Assembly (NCBI GenBank): GCA_963922775.1
Contig: CAWUJG010000002.1
Coordinates: 6,954-70,953 of the forward strand
Length of the DNA: 64,000 bases
Origin: an uncultured Cytophagales bacterium
GTDB taxonomy: Bacteria > Bacteroidota > Bacteroidia > Cytophagales > Amoebophilaceae
Direction: 5' to 3'
The notes beneath the pieces were generated by a model. The model saw only the letters and a list, made by a program, of their open reading frames with translations. It made no database searches and was not told where the DNA came from. Made by a program: the position numbers and the translations under genes. Numbering within the stretch: position 1 is the first letter of the stretch; each line of letters begins with the position of its first letter. Below, in pieces: positions 48,356 to 56,953 of the stretch.

Positions 48356-49291
48356 ATGTGCAACATCACGCCAAAAATAGACATCGCCTTTAAAAAAATA
48401 TTTGGTACAGAAGAAAACAAAGATCTTTTGATCTCCTTAATCAACGCTATAGTAAGCCCCACAGACCAAGTAGAAGACCTGACTTTAAGAAATCCCTATA
48501 GTTACCAAAACTATATAGATAATAAACTCTCCATTTTTGACATAAAAGCGCAAAGTATAACAGGAGAAGAATACAACATAGAAATGCAACTCAAAGATGA
48601 CGAACAATATGAAAGACGTGCCCTCTATTATTGGGCACGCCTTTATAGTGATCAGCTTAAAAAAGGAAAAAATTACAAAACTTTAAAAAAATCTATAGGT
48701 ATACATCTACTCAATTTTACTTGCCTTTCAGATATAAAAAAATACCATAATGTGTTTCAAATGCGAGAAAGAGACAGCCATAAACATTATTTTAAAGATA
48801 TAGAAATCCATATAATAGAGTTGAATAAATTTTCAGTTCAAGAAGAAGAAAACCTAAATAGTTTAATAGAAAAGATACAAAGCAGTTTAGACATTTGGCT
48901 AGCATTTTTAACACATCATAATTTATTAAATCAAGCGGCACTTCCAGAACCTTTAGATACGCCTTATATGCAAAAAGCGTTACATACCCTATCGTGCCTG
49001 AATTTTAATAATATAGAACGCGATATTTATGAAGGGCGTTTGAAATGGCTTCGTCATGAATCACTTGTTTTAGAACAATCTTTTGAAAAAGGCATGGAAA
49101 AAGGCATAGAAAAGGGAAGACAAGAAGGCATAGAAAAGGGAAGACAAGAAGGTATATTTGAAGGGGAAAAGCAAAAATCGCAATCTATTACCAAAAAACT
49201 TTTAAAAAATTATGCTCTAACCTTAGAGCAAATCAGCCAAATTACTGGCCTAAGCAAAGCTGAAATAGATGTTTTAAAAAAAAATCTATAA
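48356..49291 (+). CDS. Rpn family recombination-promoting nuclease / putative transposase (PDDEXK_2-like), apparently intact
   Basis: N-terminus TPKIDIAFKKIFGTEENKDLLISLINAIV, nuclease core FDIKAQ...YNIEMQ, and a C-terminal EKG-repeat plus helix-turn-helix-like tail LEQISQITGLSKAEIDVL. Confidence 0.75.
   Translation: MCNITPKIDIAFKKIFGTEENKDLLISLINAIVSPTDQVEDLTLRNPYSYQNYIDNKLSIFDIKAQSITGEEYNIEMQLKDDEQYERRALYYWARLYSDQLKKGKNYKTLKKSIGIHLLNFTCLSDIKKYHNVFQMRERDSHKHYFKDIEIHIIELNKFSVQEEENLNSLIEKIQSSLDIWLAFLTHHNLLNQAALPEPLDTPYMQKALHTLSCLNFNNIERDIYEGRLKWLRHESLVLEQSFEKGMEKGIEKGRQEGIEKGRQEGIFEGEKQKSQSITKKLLKNYALTLEQISQITGLSKAEIDVLKKNL
49103..49150 (+). repeat. perfect 24-bp tandem duplication (ggcatagaaaagggaagacaagaa x2) encoding GIEKGRQE twice within the Rpn-like gene
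   Basis: Units 49103-49126 and 49127-49150 are identical base for base. Confidence 0.9.
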
Positions 49292-49362
49292 AATTTAATG
49301 CAAAACACAACCCATATACAACATTAACCCCAAAAATAGACACTGAAAAAATTGGTTGTAAC

Positions 49363-50112
49363 TTAGACACTATTTTTCCAAATTTTCCAAGCATATTCTG
49401 CTTGCAACCTTAACATTTCATATCCATTTTTTATTTTTGCTCCTTGTTTTAACCCTTCTTTTAAAAAAGTAGTAATAGGTGGATTATAAACTAAATCATA
49501 TAAATAATGTATGTTGTTTACCCAATGATAGGGTAATGTAGGGCATTGTTCAATATTAGGATACATGCCTAAAGGTGTACAATTAATAATGAGTTGATAA
49601 TGTGTTAAAATTTTAGGATCTTGAACAAGGTTTTGATAGCTAAATTGTGATTTTAGTGGTTTTCTAGATACATATTTGAATTTTATTTGTAAATCTTGAC
49701 ATGCTTTAGCTACAGCTCTCGCTGCTCCTCCTGTGCCTAATATTAGTGCTTGAAAGTAGATGTAGGGTGAGATCCAGTTTTTTAGAGAAATAGCAAATGC
49801 TTTAACATCTGTATTATAGCCTATACATTGATTATGGTTTATTTTTATTGTATTTACGGCTTGTACTTTTTGAGCTAAAGGATCTACATAATTTAAATAT
49901 GGAATAATTTTTTTTTTGTAGGGTATTGTTACATTAAGACCCTTAAGAAGGGGTTTTTTTTTAATGAGTAATGAAAACTGTGCCATATTTTTTATGGCAA
50001 AATTTTGGTATGTAGCTTGTATTTTATGTTGTTGAAATTTTTTTATAAAAATTTCTTTGCTTAAAGAATGTGTTAAAGGATATCCTATTAAACCCAATTC
50101 CATTTCATGCAA
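49363..50112 (-). CDS. aroE: shikimate dehydrogenase
   Basis: [22 protein letters not shown] and GTGGAARAV motifs. 249 aa. Confidence 0.8.
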   Translation of the reverse strand: MHEMELGLIGYPLTHSLSKEIFIKKFQQHKIQATYQNFAIKNMAQFSLLIKKKPLLKGLNVTIPYKKKIIPYLNYVDPLAQKVQAVNTIKINHNQCIGYNTDVKAFAISLKNWISPYIYFQALILGTGGAARAVAKACQDLQIKFKYVSRKPLKSQFSYQNLVQDPKILTHYQLIINCTPLGMYPNIEQCPTLPYHWVNNIHYLYDLVYNPPITTFLKEGLKQGAKIKNGYEMLRLQAEYAWKIWKNSV

Positions 50113-51160
50113 TAGTAATTTTATCTTCTATATATACTGCTTGAATAGCTTGTAAAAGGGCTATACCCTCTTTCATTGTTTTTTGAAATGCTTTTCTTCC
50201 TGAAATTAAGCCCATACCTCCTGCTCTTTTATTAATTACTGCAGTAGTTACTGCATCTTCAAGATCAGAATATCCATTTGATGCTCCCCCAGAGTTAATT
50301 AGGCCTATTTTGCCCATATAGCAATGTGCTACTTGATATCTACAAAGATCTATAGGATGATTACTAGCGAGCTCATCGTACATTTTTTTGTGTATTTTGC
50401 CAAAATTAAGCGTAGAAAATGCTCCATTATGTGTAGGTAATTTTTGTTTAATCATATCTGCTTGTAAGGTAACGCCAATGTGGTTTGCTTGTGCTGTTGT
50501 ATCTGTTGCTGTATGATGATCTTTATCTTTTTGTTTAAAGGCATTATTTCTCAAATAGCACCATAATATAGTAGCCATACCGAATTGGTGTGCTGCTTCA
50601 AAAACAGATGATATAGCATTTATTTGTTGTTTAGATGTTGTTGAACCAAAATAAATAGTGGCTCCAATGGCTGTTGCACCTAAGTTCCATGCTTCTTTTA
50701 CAGAACCAAATAAAATTTGGTCATACCTATTAGGATAGGTAAGCAATTCATTATGATTTATTTTTACTATAAAAGGAATTTTATGGGCATATTTTCTTGC
50801 AACTAGTCCTAAGTTACCAAAAGTAGTGGCTATGGCATTACATCCTCCTTCTATAGCCAGTTGTATAATATTTTCCGGATCAAAATATAATGGATTAGGT
50901 GAAAATGAGGCACCTGCGGTATGTTCAATACCTTGGTCTACAGGTAATATAGATACATAACCTGTTTTAGATAAGTTGCCATGGTTAAAGATAGAAGATA
51001 AATTTTTAAGGACTTGTATATTTCTATTGGTATTTATCCATATATCTTCTATTACCGAAGGCTGAGGAGTATAAATATTTTTTTTAGAGATTGTTTTACA
51101 CTGGTGCGATAAAAGATTTTCTGCCTGATTACCTAACAGTTTAATGATTTTTTCATACAT
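50105..51160 (-). CDS. fbaB: class I fructose-bisphosphate aldolase (FbaB/DhnA type)
   Basis: 351 aa, collinear with E. coli FbaB as I recall it: [33 protein letters not shown] and a [20 protein letters not shown]...KITIA C-terminus. Confidence 0.9.
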   Translation of the reverse strand: MYEKIIKLLGNQAENLLSHQCKTISKKNIYTPQPSVIEDIWINTNRNIQVLKNLSSIFNHGNLSKTGYVSILPVDQGIEHTAGASFSPNPLYFDPENIIQLAIEGGCNAIATTFGNLGLVARKYAHKIPFIVKINHNELLTYPNRYDQILFGSVKEAWNLGATAIGATIYFGSTTSKQQINAISSVFEAAHQFGMATILWCYLRNNAFKQKDKDHHTATDTTAQANHIGVTLQADMIKQKLPTHNGAFSTLNFGKIHKKMYDELASNHPIDLCRYQVAHCYMGKIGLINSGGASNGYSDLEDAVTTAVINKRAGGMGLISGRKAFQKTMKEGIALLQAIQAVYIEDKITIA

Positions 51161-51321
51161 GATAGATATGGGTTTGAACCAAAAATAATTTTTTTATCTA
51201 ATTTAGCATTTACTAATTTTTTATTAAAAATTTTAATTTTGTATGTTATGTTGAAAAGGGGCGTTTTACCCAAGGGATACTATGTATTATTGAGTAATCA
51301 GCGCCAAGTCAATATGCTTAC

Positions 51322-51939
51322 CTATATATTTTGGTATTTTTTTGTTATAGATTGCCAATCTACAATATGCCAAAAAGCATTAACATAGTCTACTTTTCTA
51401 TTTTTGTATTGTAAGTAATAGGCATGTTCCCAAATATCTAACCCAATAAGCAGGGCTTTACAGCGATTATTATTAATATCCATAAGTGGATTGTCTTGAT
51501 TAGGGGTATTATATATACATAGTGAGTTATCTACAGCAGATATGCCAAGCCAAATCCATCCGGAACCAAAATGTTTTAATGCCCTATCAGTAAATTGTGA
51601 TTTGAAATTTTCAAAGCTATCAAATTTTTTTTCTATGTCTTTAAGTAGTTCTTTTTCTGGTTTTTTTTTGCCGTTAGGTGATAGGATATCCCAAAAAAAA
51701 TTATGATTAAAATGTCCTCCTGCATTATTTCTTATGGTTGTATTGTACTTGCTAATGTTGTAGATAATTTCTTCTAATGCCACAGGATGACTATGTGCTA
51801 AAGCATTATTCAAGTTTTGTATATAGGTGTTATGATGCTTTGTATAGTGTACTTCCATTGTTTTTGCATCTATATATGGCTCAAAATCAGTGTATTTAAA
51901 TTTAAGCTGTGGCAGGTTGAAGTGTATTTTTTTATTCAT
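51322..51939 (-). CDS. Fe/Mn superoxide dismutase
   Basis: YTKHHNTYIQNLN and DIWEHAYYLQY metal-ligand motifs. Confidence 0.92.
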   Translation of the reverse strand: MNKKIHFNLPQLKFKYTDFEPYIDAKTMEVHYTKHHNTYIQNLNNALAHSHPVALEEIIYNISKYNTTIRNNAGGHFNHNFFWDILSPNGKKKPEKELLKDIEKKFDSFENFKSQFTDRALKHFGSGWIWLGISAVDNSLCIYNTPNQDNPLMDINNNRCKALLIGLDIWEHAYYLQYKNRKVDYVNAFWHIVDWQSITKKYQNI

Positions 51940-51969
51940 ATATATGGTTTATAATTTTTTTCAAAATAT

Positions 51970-53508
51970 TTACAAAAGAATAGGCTTATGCTTGGCATCT
52001 AAAAATTTAAATTCTGTAATGCTGAGCCTATAGTCTTTTTTAATAATAATAATTTTTTTGTATTTATACATCCAGCGCATTCTTTGTGAAATAAGCCCTT
52101 TGGTAAAATAAGACCAAAGGTATGGATGCATGTTCATGATTATTTTTGTTTTTTTGTTATTTGTTAACACAAAATCTAAACTTTTTTCTATTCTATCTGC
52201 TAGAGCAATTATAGCTTTAGTTTCTCCTTTGCCATTACAAGTAGGACATATTTCTTGTACAGGAATATTTGTCTCTTGACGTACTCTCTGGCGTGTTATT
52301 TGCATAACTCCAAATTTAGATATTGGCAATACATTGCTCTTGGCTTTTTCTTTTTGTAAGGCTTCTTTTATTATTTGTAATACTTCTTGTTTATGCTCTT
52401 CTTTTTTCATATCTATAAAGTCTACAACAATAATACCTCCCATGTCTCGAAGCCTTAGTTGTCGGGCAATTTCTTTTGCAGCTATTTTATTTACTAGTAG
52501 TGCTGTATCTTCTTGATTATTTTCTTTTGATGCATTACGTCCACTATTTACATCAATTACATGCATAGCTTCGGTGTGCTCAATTATCAGATATCCTCCT
52601 CCAAGTAATGATACGGTTTGGCCAAATAATATTTTGATTTGTTTTTCTATGTCAAAATAGTCAAAAATTTTTTTTTTATTTTGAAAATGCTGTACTATAT
52701 TTTTTTTTTCTTGACCCAGTTGTTTAAAATATTCATTTACTTCTTCGTACATACTTTCTTCATCTATATAAATATTATCAAATTGGGTATGTAGCATATC
52801 TCTTAATACTACATTGATATTTTTTGCATCACTATATATTTTATTTTTGGGTGGTGTATTTTTGTATTTTTGTACAATATTTTTCCATTTTTTTATAGTA
52901 TCTCTCAGATCCTTATCTAAAGGTGCTACCTCTTTGCCGTAGGCTGCTGTGCGAATAATGATTCCATAGTTAGGCTTTCTTATAGATTGCATAAGTCTGA
53001 TAAGTCGTTTTTTCTCTTCTTTATCTAAAAGCCTTCTTGAAGAAGTCACCATTTGTGTAAATGGTACTAAAATGATGTACTTTCCTGCAATAGATATATC
53101 TGCTGCTACTCTAGGACCTTTGTTGGATATGGGTTCTTTAACTATTTGTACTACTATGGTTTGTCCTTTTTCAAGATAGTCTGTAATTTTACCCTCTTTT
53201 TGCAGAGGGGAGTATATTTTAGCTTGGCTAACACTATGACTACTTTTTATTTTTTGAAAAAATTGGACAATAGTACTAACTTGTGGCCCTAAGTCTGCAT
53301 AGTGTAGAAAGGCTTCTTTTTCAAAACCAATATCTATAAAAGCAGCATTTAATCCTGGTACTAATTTTTTTACTATACCAATATAAATATCTCCTAAATT
53401 GATTTTTTTATTTTTATTTTCTACATGATATTCACTCAATGCATTATTTTCGAGTAGTGCAATACGATAGTTATTGTCTGTATTGCTGATAATTAAGTTA
53501 TTTGACAT
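51970..53508 (-). CDS. rng: Rne/Rng family ribonuclease (RNase G-like)
   Basis: S1 domain (GDIYIGIVKKLVPGLNAAFIDIG), catalytic region VIDVNSG and a zinc-link CPTCNGKG. I place the start at Met 53508 (MSNNLIIS...). The ORF track extends it to 53547. Confidence 0.85.
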   Translation of the reverse strand: MSNNLIISNTDNNYRIALLENNALSEYHVENKNKKINLGDIYIGIVKKLVPGLNAAFIDIGFEKEAFLHYADLGPQVSTIVQFFQKIKSSHSVSQAKIYSPLQKEGKITDYLEKGQTIVVQIVKEPISNKGPRVAADISIAGKYIILVPFTQMVTSSRRLLDKEEKKRLIRLMQSIRKPNYGIIIRTAAYGKEVAPLDKDLRDTIKKWKNIVQKYKNTPPKNKIYSDAKNINVVLRDMLHTQFDNIYIDEESMYEEVNEYFKQLGQEKKNIVQHFQNKKKIFDYFDIEKQIKILFGQTVSLLGGGYLIIEHTEAMHVIDVNSGRNASKENNQEDTALLVNKIAAKEIARQLRLRDMGGIIVVDFIDMKKEEHKQEVLQIIKEALQKEKAKSNVLPISKFGVMQITRQRVRQETNIPVQEICPTCNGKGETKAIIALADRIEKSLDFVLTNNKKTKIIMNMHPYLWSYFTKGLISQRMRWMYKYKKIIIIKKDYRLSITEFKFLDAKHKPILL

Positions 53509-53662
53509 TAAATTTTTTTGGTACAATATAATTTTGCCAAAATACATTAAGTATCCTATATCCTAGTGTTTATATAATTAAGATGCATTAGCATAGTGGG
53601 TGAATAGATATTGATTGAAAGGAAAAGTAAGATGGAATATTTAAAAGTTAAACATCTAAAGC

Positions 53663-53752
53663 TTATTTCTTTTTATGTCTGTTTCTTCTTAGTCTTTTTT
53701 TTCTTTTGTGTTTTGCTATTTTAGCTCTTTTTTTTTTTTTACCACAAGGCAT
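53663..53752 (-). CDS. bS22-like / AURKAIP1-COX24-domain mini ribosomal protein (29 aa)
   Basis: Not in the ORF track. My translation gives MPCGKKKKRAKIAKHKRKKRLRRNRHKKK*, which matches my recollection of the small Arg/Lys-rich peptide conserved in Bacteroidota and Actinobacteria. Confidence 0.5.
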   Translation of the reverse strand: MPCGKKKKRAKIAKHKRKKRLRRNRHKKK

Positions 53753-54059
53753 ATAATGATTGTATTTTGGTTATTTTATATATTTTTTTTTGAAAATCTA
53801 TGTAATTATATACAGTATTTTAATTATTTTTAGGTTTTGTACCTATTCAGTCTCAGTTTTAGCCTATAGATTTTTATAATATTATAAAAAATGATTTGCT
53901 GATTGAACATCTTAAGAGGTAAAAACAGACAAATATATATTATTTTCTCTTTTTTTCAAAAGTATATTTTAAACAGAAATAAAAAAAATTTTATATTTTG
54001 CACAACAGCAAAAAAATTAATTTAAAATTAAAACGTAAAATTATAGTATTACAAATATC

Positions 54060-54197
54060 ATGGCAGTAACAAGGCTTAAAAGAAAAAGCAGAAAAAATAG
54101 AGCTAGGGCTAATAATAGAAAAAAAGTTATGAAGCAACATACTATCCTTCCTTGTATTAAAAATGTAGATATTGAAAAAATAAAAGCAAAATTTTAA
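54060..54197 (+). CDS. hypothetical small basic protein (45 aa)
   Basis: ATG-to-TAA ORF found by eye: MAVTRLKRKSRKNRARANNRKKVMKQHTILPCIKNVDIEKIKAKF*. The only support is the open frame plus non-random basic composition. Confidence 0.25.
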   Translation: MAVTRLKRKSRKNRARANNRKKVMKQHTILPCIKNVDIEKIKAKF

Positions 54198-54224
54198 GCA
54201 AGTATTACATATGTAGAAACATAT

Positions 54225-54584
54225 ATGGAGCAACATAGAGGTAAAATAGTAAAAGATATTATACAAAAGCAGGGGTATACAATTAGTAAATTGGCAGAAA
54301 AACTTAATATACCTCGAAGTACTTTACATAAAAAGCTTAATCATCCCCATATATCGTATGATTTGATTAATAAGATAGGTCAATGTATTTTTTACGATTT
54401 TACACCTCATTTTTCTGACTTTCAATCTACTCATCAGTTTTCTATTCAAGAAAAGAAAAAAGTAGTTTTAGAACAGAAGTACAGAGAATTACTTGAAAAA
54501 TATAAAACATTACTTGAGCTAACGGTAAAAGTAGCTGATACGAATCATATACAAATAATGCGTGATAAAAAAATTCTTGAATAA
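54225..54584 (+). CDS. hypothetical helix-turn-helix DNA-binding protein
   Basis: HTH-like GYTISKLAEKLNIPRSTLHKKL near the N-terminus. 119 aa. Confidence 0.4.
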   Translation: MEQHRGKIVKDIIQKQGYTISKLAEKLNIPRSTLHKKLNHPHISYDLINKIGQCIFYDFTPHFSDFQSTHQFSIQEKKKVVLEQKYRELLEKYKTLLELTVKVADTNHIQIMRDKKILE

Positions 54585-54602
54585 TTTTAAAATTATTAAT
54601 TT

Positions 54603-55577
54603 ATGTCTTTATTTACACTTACTATTCTTTTTGGTAGTATTTTAGCCTTTTTCTCTTTTTTTTATTTTATCCCTTTGGATTTATGGGTAACAGCACTACT
54701 TTCAGGTGTACGTGTTAATCTTTTTGAGCTAATTCTAATGCGTTTTCGTAAAGTACCCCCACGTATTATTGTAGAATCTTTAATTACTGCTACTAAGGCT
54801 GGTCTTAAAATTGCTACTTTAGAGTTAGAAACTCATTATTTGGCTGGAGGTAATGTGCCTAATGTAATAAAATCACTTATTTCTGCTGATAAAGCCAATA
54901 TTAATTTGTCTTTTAAACAGGCTACTGCCATAGATTTAGCAGGAAGAGATGTTTTTGAAGCAGTGCAGATTTCTGTGAATCCTAAGGTAATTGATACCCC
55001 TTCTGTAGCTGCAGTAGCAGCAGATGGTATTCAACTTATTACAAAAGCTAGGGTCACGGTTCGTGCAAACATTCAACGATTAGTAGGAGGTGCTGGTGAA
55101 GACACTATTTTAGCTCGTGTAGGTGAGGGTATAGTAACTTCTATTGGTTCTTCACAGTCGCATAAGGCAGTGTTAGAAAATCCAGCACAGATATCCCAGT
55201 TAGTGATTAATAGAGGATTGGATGAAGGAACAGCTTTTGAAATTCTTTCTATTGATATTGCAGATATTGATGTGGGTGATAATATAGGTTCTAAGCTACA
55301 GATTGATCAGGCTAATGCAGACTTAAAGGTTGCTGAGGCTAAGGCAGAAGAAAAAAGAACTATGGCTGTGGCAACAGAACAAGAAATGAAAGCTAAAGTG
55401 CAAGAGGCTAGGGTACAGGTAATTTTAGCTGAGAAAGAAATTCCTATGGCTATGGCTCAGGCATTAAGAGAAGGTAATATTAGTGCTATGGATTACCATC
55501 GGCTTAAAAATGTTCAAGCAGATACATCTATGCGCAAGGCTCTTGCTAAAGAGGAGATACCAAGTGAAAAAAAGTGA
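54603..55577 (+). CDS. floA: flotillin-like protein FloA (UPF0365 / YqfA family, SPFH domain)
   Basis: Collinear with B. subtilis FloA as I recall it: [67 protein letters not shown]. Confidence 0.88.
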   Translation: MSLFTLTILFGSILAFFSFFYFIPLDLWVTALLSGVRVNLFELILMRFRKVPPRIIVESLITATKAGLKIATLELETHYLAGGNVPNVIKSLISADKANINLSFKQATAIDLAGRDVFEAVQISVNPKVIDTPSVAAVAADGIQLITKARVTVRANIQRLVGGAGEDTILARVGEGIVTSIGSSQSHKAVLENPAQISQLVINRGLDEGTAFEILSIDIADIDVGDNIGSKLQIDQANADLKVAEAKAEEKRTMAVATEQEMKAKVQEARVQVILAEKEIPMAMAQALREGNISAMDYHRLKNVQADTSMRKALAKEEIPSEKK

Positions 55578-55673
55578 TAGTTTAAGCATTACCATGGATA
55601 GGATATAATTAAAAATTTTAGTTTTTGTTCATTTATAGAATACAATAAGGCTTATTTATAATAGATGATAAAA

Positions 55674-55765
55674 ATGGTGTGGAGTAAGGAAAAAAAGAAG
55701 AGAAACTAAGCAATAGCCCGAGCACTTCTCAAACAGGGTGTAGATATAAAAATTATAGAGTGTAG
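55674..55765 (+). pseudogene. about 90-bp relic of the 3' end of a YhgA-like Rpn gene (same subfamily as 13555-14595)
   Basis: My manual alignment of 55691-55763 to 14473-14546 gives about 70 nt with 5 substitutions and 2 small indels. No ORF remains. Confidence 0.7.
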
Positions 55766-55963
55766 ACAAAAAACAGTTATTTTTAGCTATTAAGAAATAT
55801 CCTGTAGTAAAAGTTAATAGATGGCTATTAGGTTGATAGTTATTTTTTTCTGATAGTATTTACAGCTAATTTTAGTATTTGGTAATTCTGCATTGTTGTA
55901 TTCCAAGTCTTTTGGAATTTATATATAAATTGTGTCTTTATAAAAAATTTACAGGTTAAATAA

Positions 55964-56509
55964 ATGACTATAGGTATATTGGCTTTGCAAGGGGCATACC
56001 AAGCACATAAAAAAGTATTTGACTCTTTAGGGGTTCATAGTATTGTAGTAAACGATAAGTTTTCTCTGCAAGAGATAGATGGATTAGTATTGCCTGGGGG
56101 AGAAAGTACAACTATGTTTTTTTTATTAAAAAAATTTAATTTAATGTCTCTCTTCTTAAAAAGAGTACAAACTATACCTGTATTGGCTACTTGTGCAGGA
56201 GTAATTCTTTTACAAAAATCTTTTGTATTGCCTTTGCAAATACAAAGAAATGGCTATGGTAGACAATTGTGTAGTGAAGTATTGTCTTTAAAATATATAC
56301 AAAATAATGCTTCAGATATTACTTTTGATGCTTTTTTTATTCGTGCACCTATTATTCATCGCATAGAAGATCCTGCTATTAATATATTAGTTTATCATAA
56401 ACATTATCCTGTATGTATACAAAAAGAAAAAATTATAGCTACTACTTTTCATCCTGAATTATCTTCTAGTGCTCATTTTATACATCAAAAATGGTTAGGG
56501 CTATTATAA
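55964..56509 (+). CDS. pdxT: pyridoxal 5'-phosphate synthase glutaminase subunit PdxT
   Basis: 181 aa; IGILALQGAY, LPGGESTT, TCAG (nucleophile Cys) and FHPE (His-Glu). Confidence 0.8.
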   Translation: MTIGILALQGAYQAHKKVFDSLGVHSIVVNDKFSLQEIDGLVLPGGESTTMFFLLKKFNLMSLFLKRVQTIPVLATCAGVILLQKSFVLPLQIQRNGYGRQLCSEVLSLKYIQNNASDITFDAFFIRAPIIHRIEDPAINILVYHKHYPVCIQKEKIIATTFHPELSSSAHFIHQKWLGLL

Positions 56510-56523
56510 AATTGCTAAGTCAT

Positions 56524-56550
56524 ATAGAATCTATTCTATCTTTTGTTTTT
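56524..56550 (+). terminator. weak AT-only hairpin (atagaat ct attctat) followed by cttttgttttt; possible pdxT terminator
   Basis: Read from the sequence. The stem is short and lacks GC pairs. Confidence 0.25.
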
Positions 56551-56571
56551 GAACTGTAAATATCCATCTTA

Positions 56572-56603
56572 TTTGTGTTTTTCCCAAAAAAAATATATTT
56601 TTG
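56572..56603 (+). promoter_or_regulatory. candidate Bacteroidota-type promoter (-33 TTTG, -7 TAnnTTTG) for the tRNA-tuf transcription unit
   Basis: TTTG at 56572-56575 and TATTTTTG at 56596-56603, separated by 20 nt and about 24 nt upstream of tRNA-Tyr. Confidence 0.4.
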
Positions 56604-56626
56604 AGATTAATTGATTTTTGTTCAAT

Positions 56627-56709
56627 GGGGAGATGCCAGAGCGGTCAAATGGGGCGGACTGTAAATCCGTTGCTTTCGGGCTTCGTAGGTTCGAATCCTA
56701 CTCTCCCCA
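56627..56709 (+). tRNA. tRNA-Tyr (anticodon GUA)
   Basis: Acceptor GGGGAGA/UCUCCCC, anticodon loop CUGUAAA, long variable arm, T arm GUAGG-UUCGAAU-CCUAC. Confidence 0.9.
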
Positions 56710-56751
56710 CAAAAAATCTAGGCAAAACATTGTGCATGAATAAAATGAGAA

Positions 56752-56824
56752 GCGGGAGTAGCTCAATTGGTAGAGTAACAGCCTTCCACGCTGTGGGTTG
56801 CGAGTTCGAGACTCGTCTCCCGCT
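56752..56824 (+). tRNA. tRNA-Gly (anticodon UCC)
   Basis: Acceptor GCGGGAG/CUCCCGC, anticodon stem ACAGC/GCUGU with loop CUUCCAC, T loop UUCGAGA. Confidence 0.9.
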
Positions 56825-56835
56825 CTTTGTGATAT

Positions 56836-56908
56836 GCCAATGTAGCTCAGTGGTAAGAGTACTTCCTTGGTAAGGAAGAGGCCATGGGTTCAATTCCCAT
56901 CATTGGCT
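56836..56908 (+). tRNA. tRNA-Thr (anticodon GGU)
   Basis: Acceptor GCCAAUG/CAUUGGC, anticodon stem CUUCC/GGAAG with loop UUGGUAA, T loop UUCAAUU. Confidence 0.9.
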
Positions 56909-56953
56909 CTATAATACTATTTATAATATCAATACTATAACTTAAACATTACA

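Noticed and set aside
13555-49291. The two Rpn-like genes in direct orientation as ends of a composite transposon or recombination cassette spanning about 35 kb
   Set aside because: The copies belong to different subfamilies with little nucleotide similarity. I found no shared terminal repeats. The intervening DNA is core housekeeping, including the ribosomal superoperon.
53991-54266. 91-aa minus-strand ORF (MYNIFYYFTSMLLHICFYICN...)
   Set aside because: It is a low-complexity Phe/Ile/Cys/Asn peptide typical of AT-rich non-coding or antisense sequence, and it overlaps the start of the HTH gene.
56601-56893. Track ORFs 56601-56873 (+) and 56645-56893 (-)
   Set aside because: They run straight through tRNA-Tyr, tRNA-Gly and tRNA-Thr. 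They are artefacts of the relatively GC-rich tRNA sequence.
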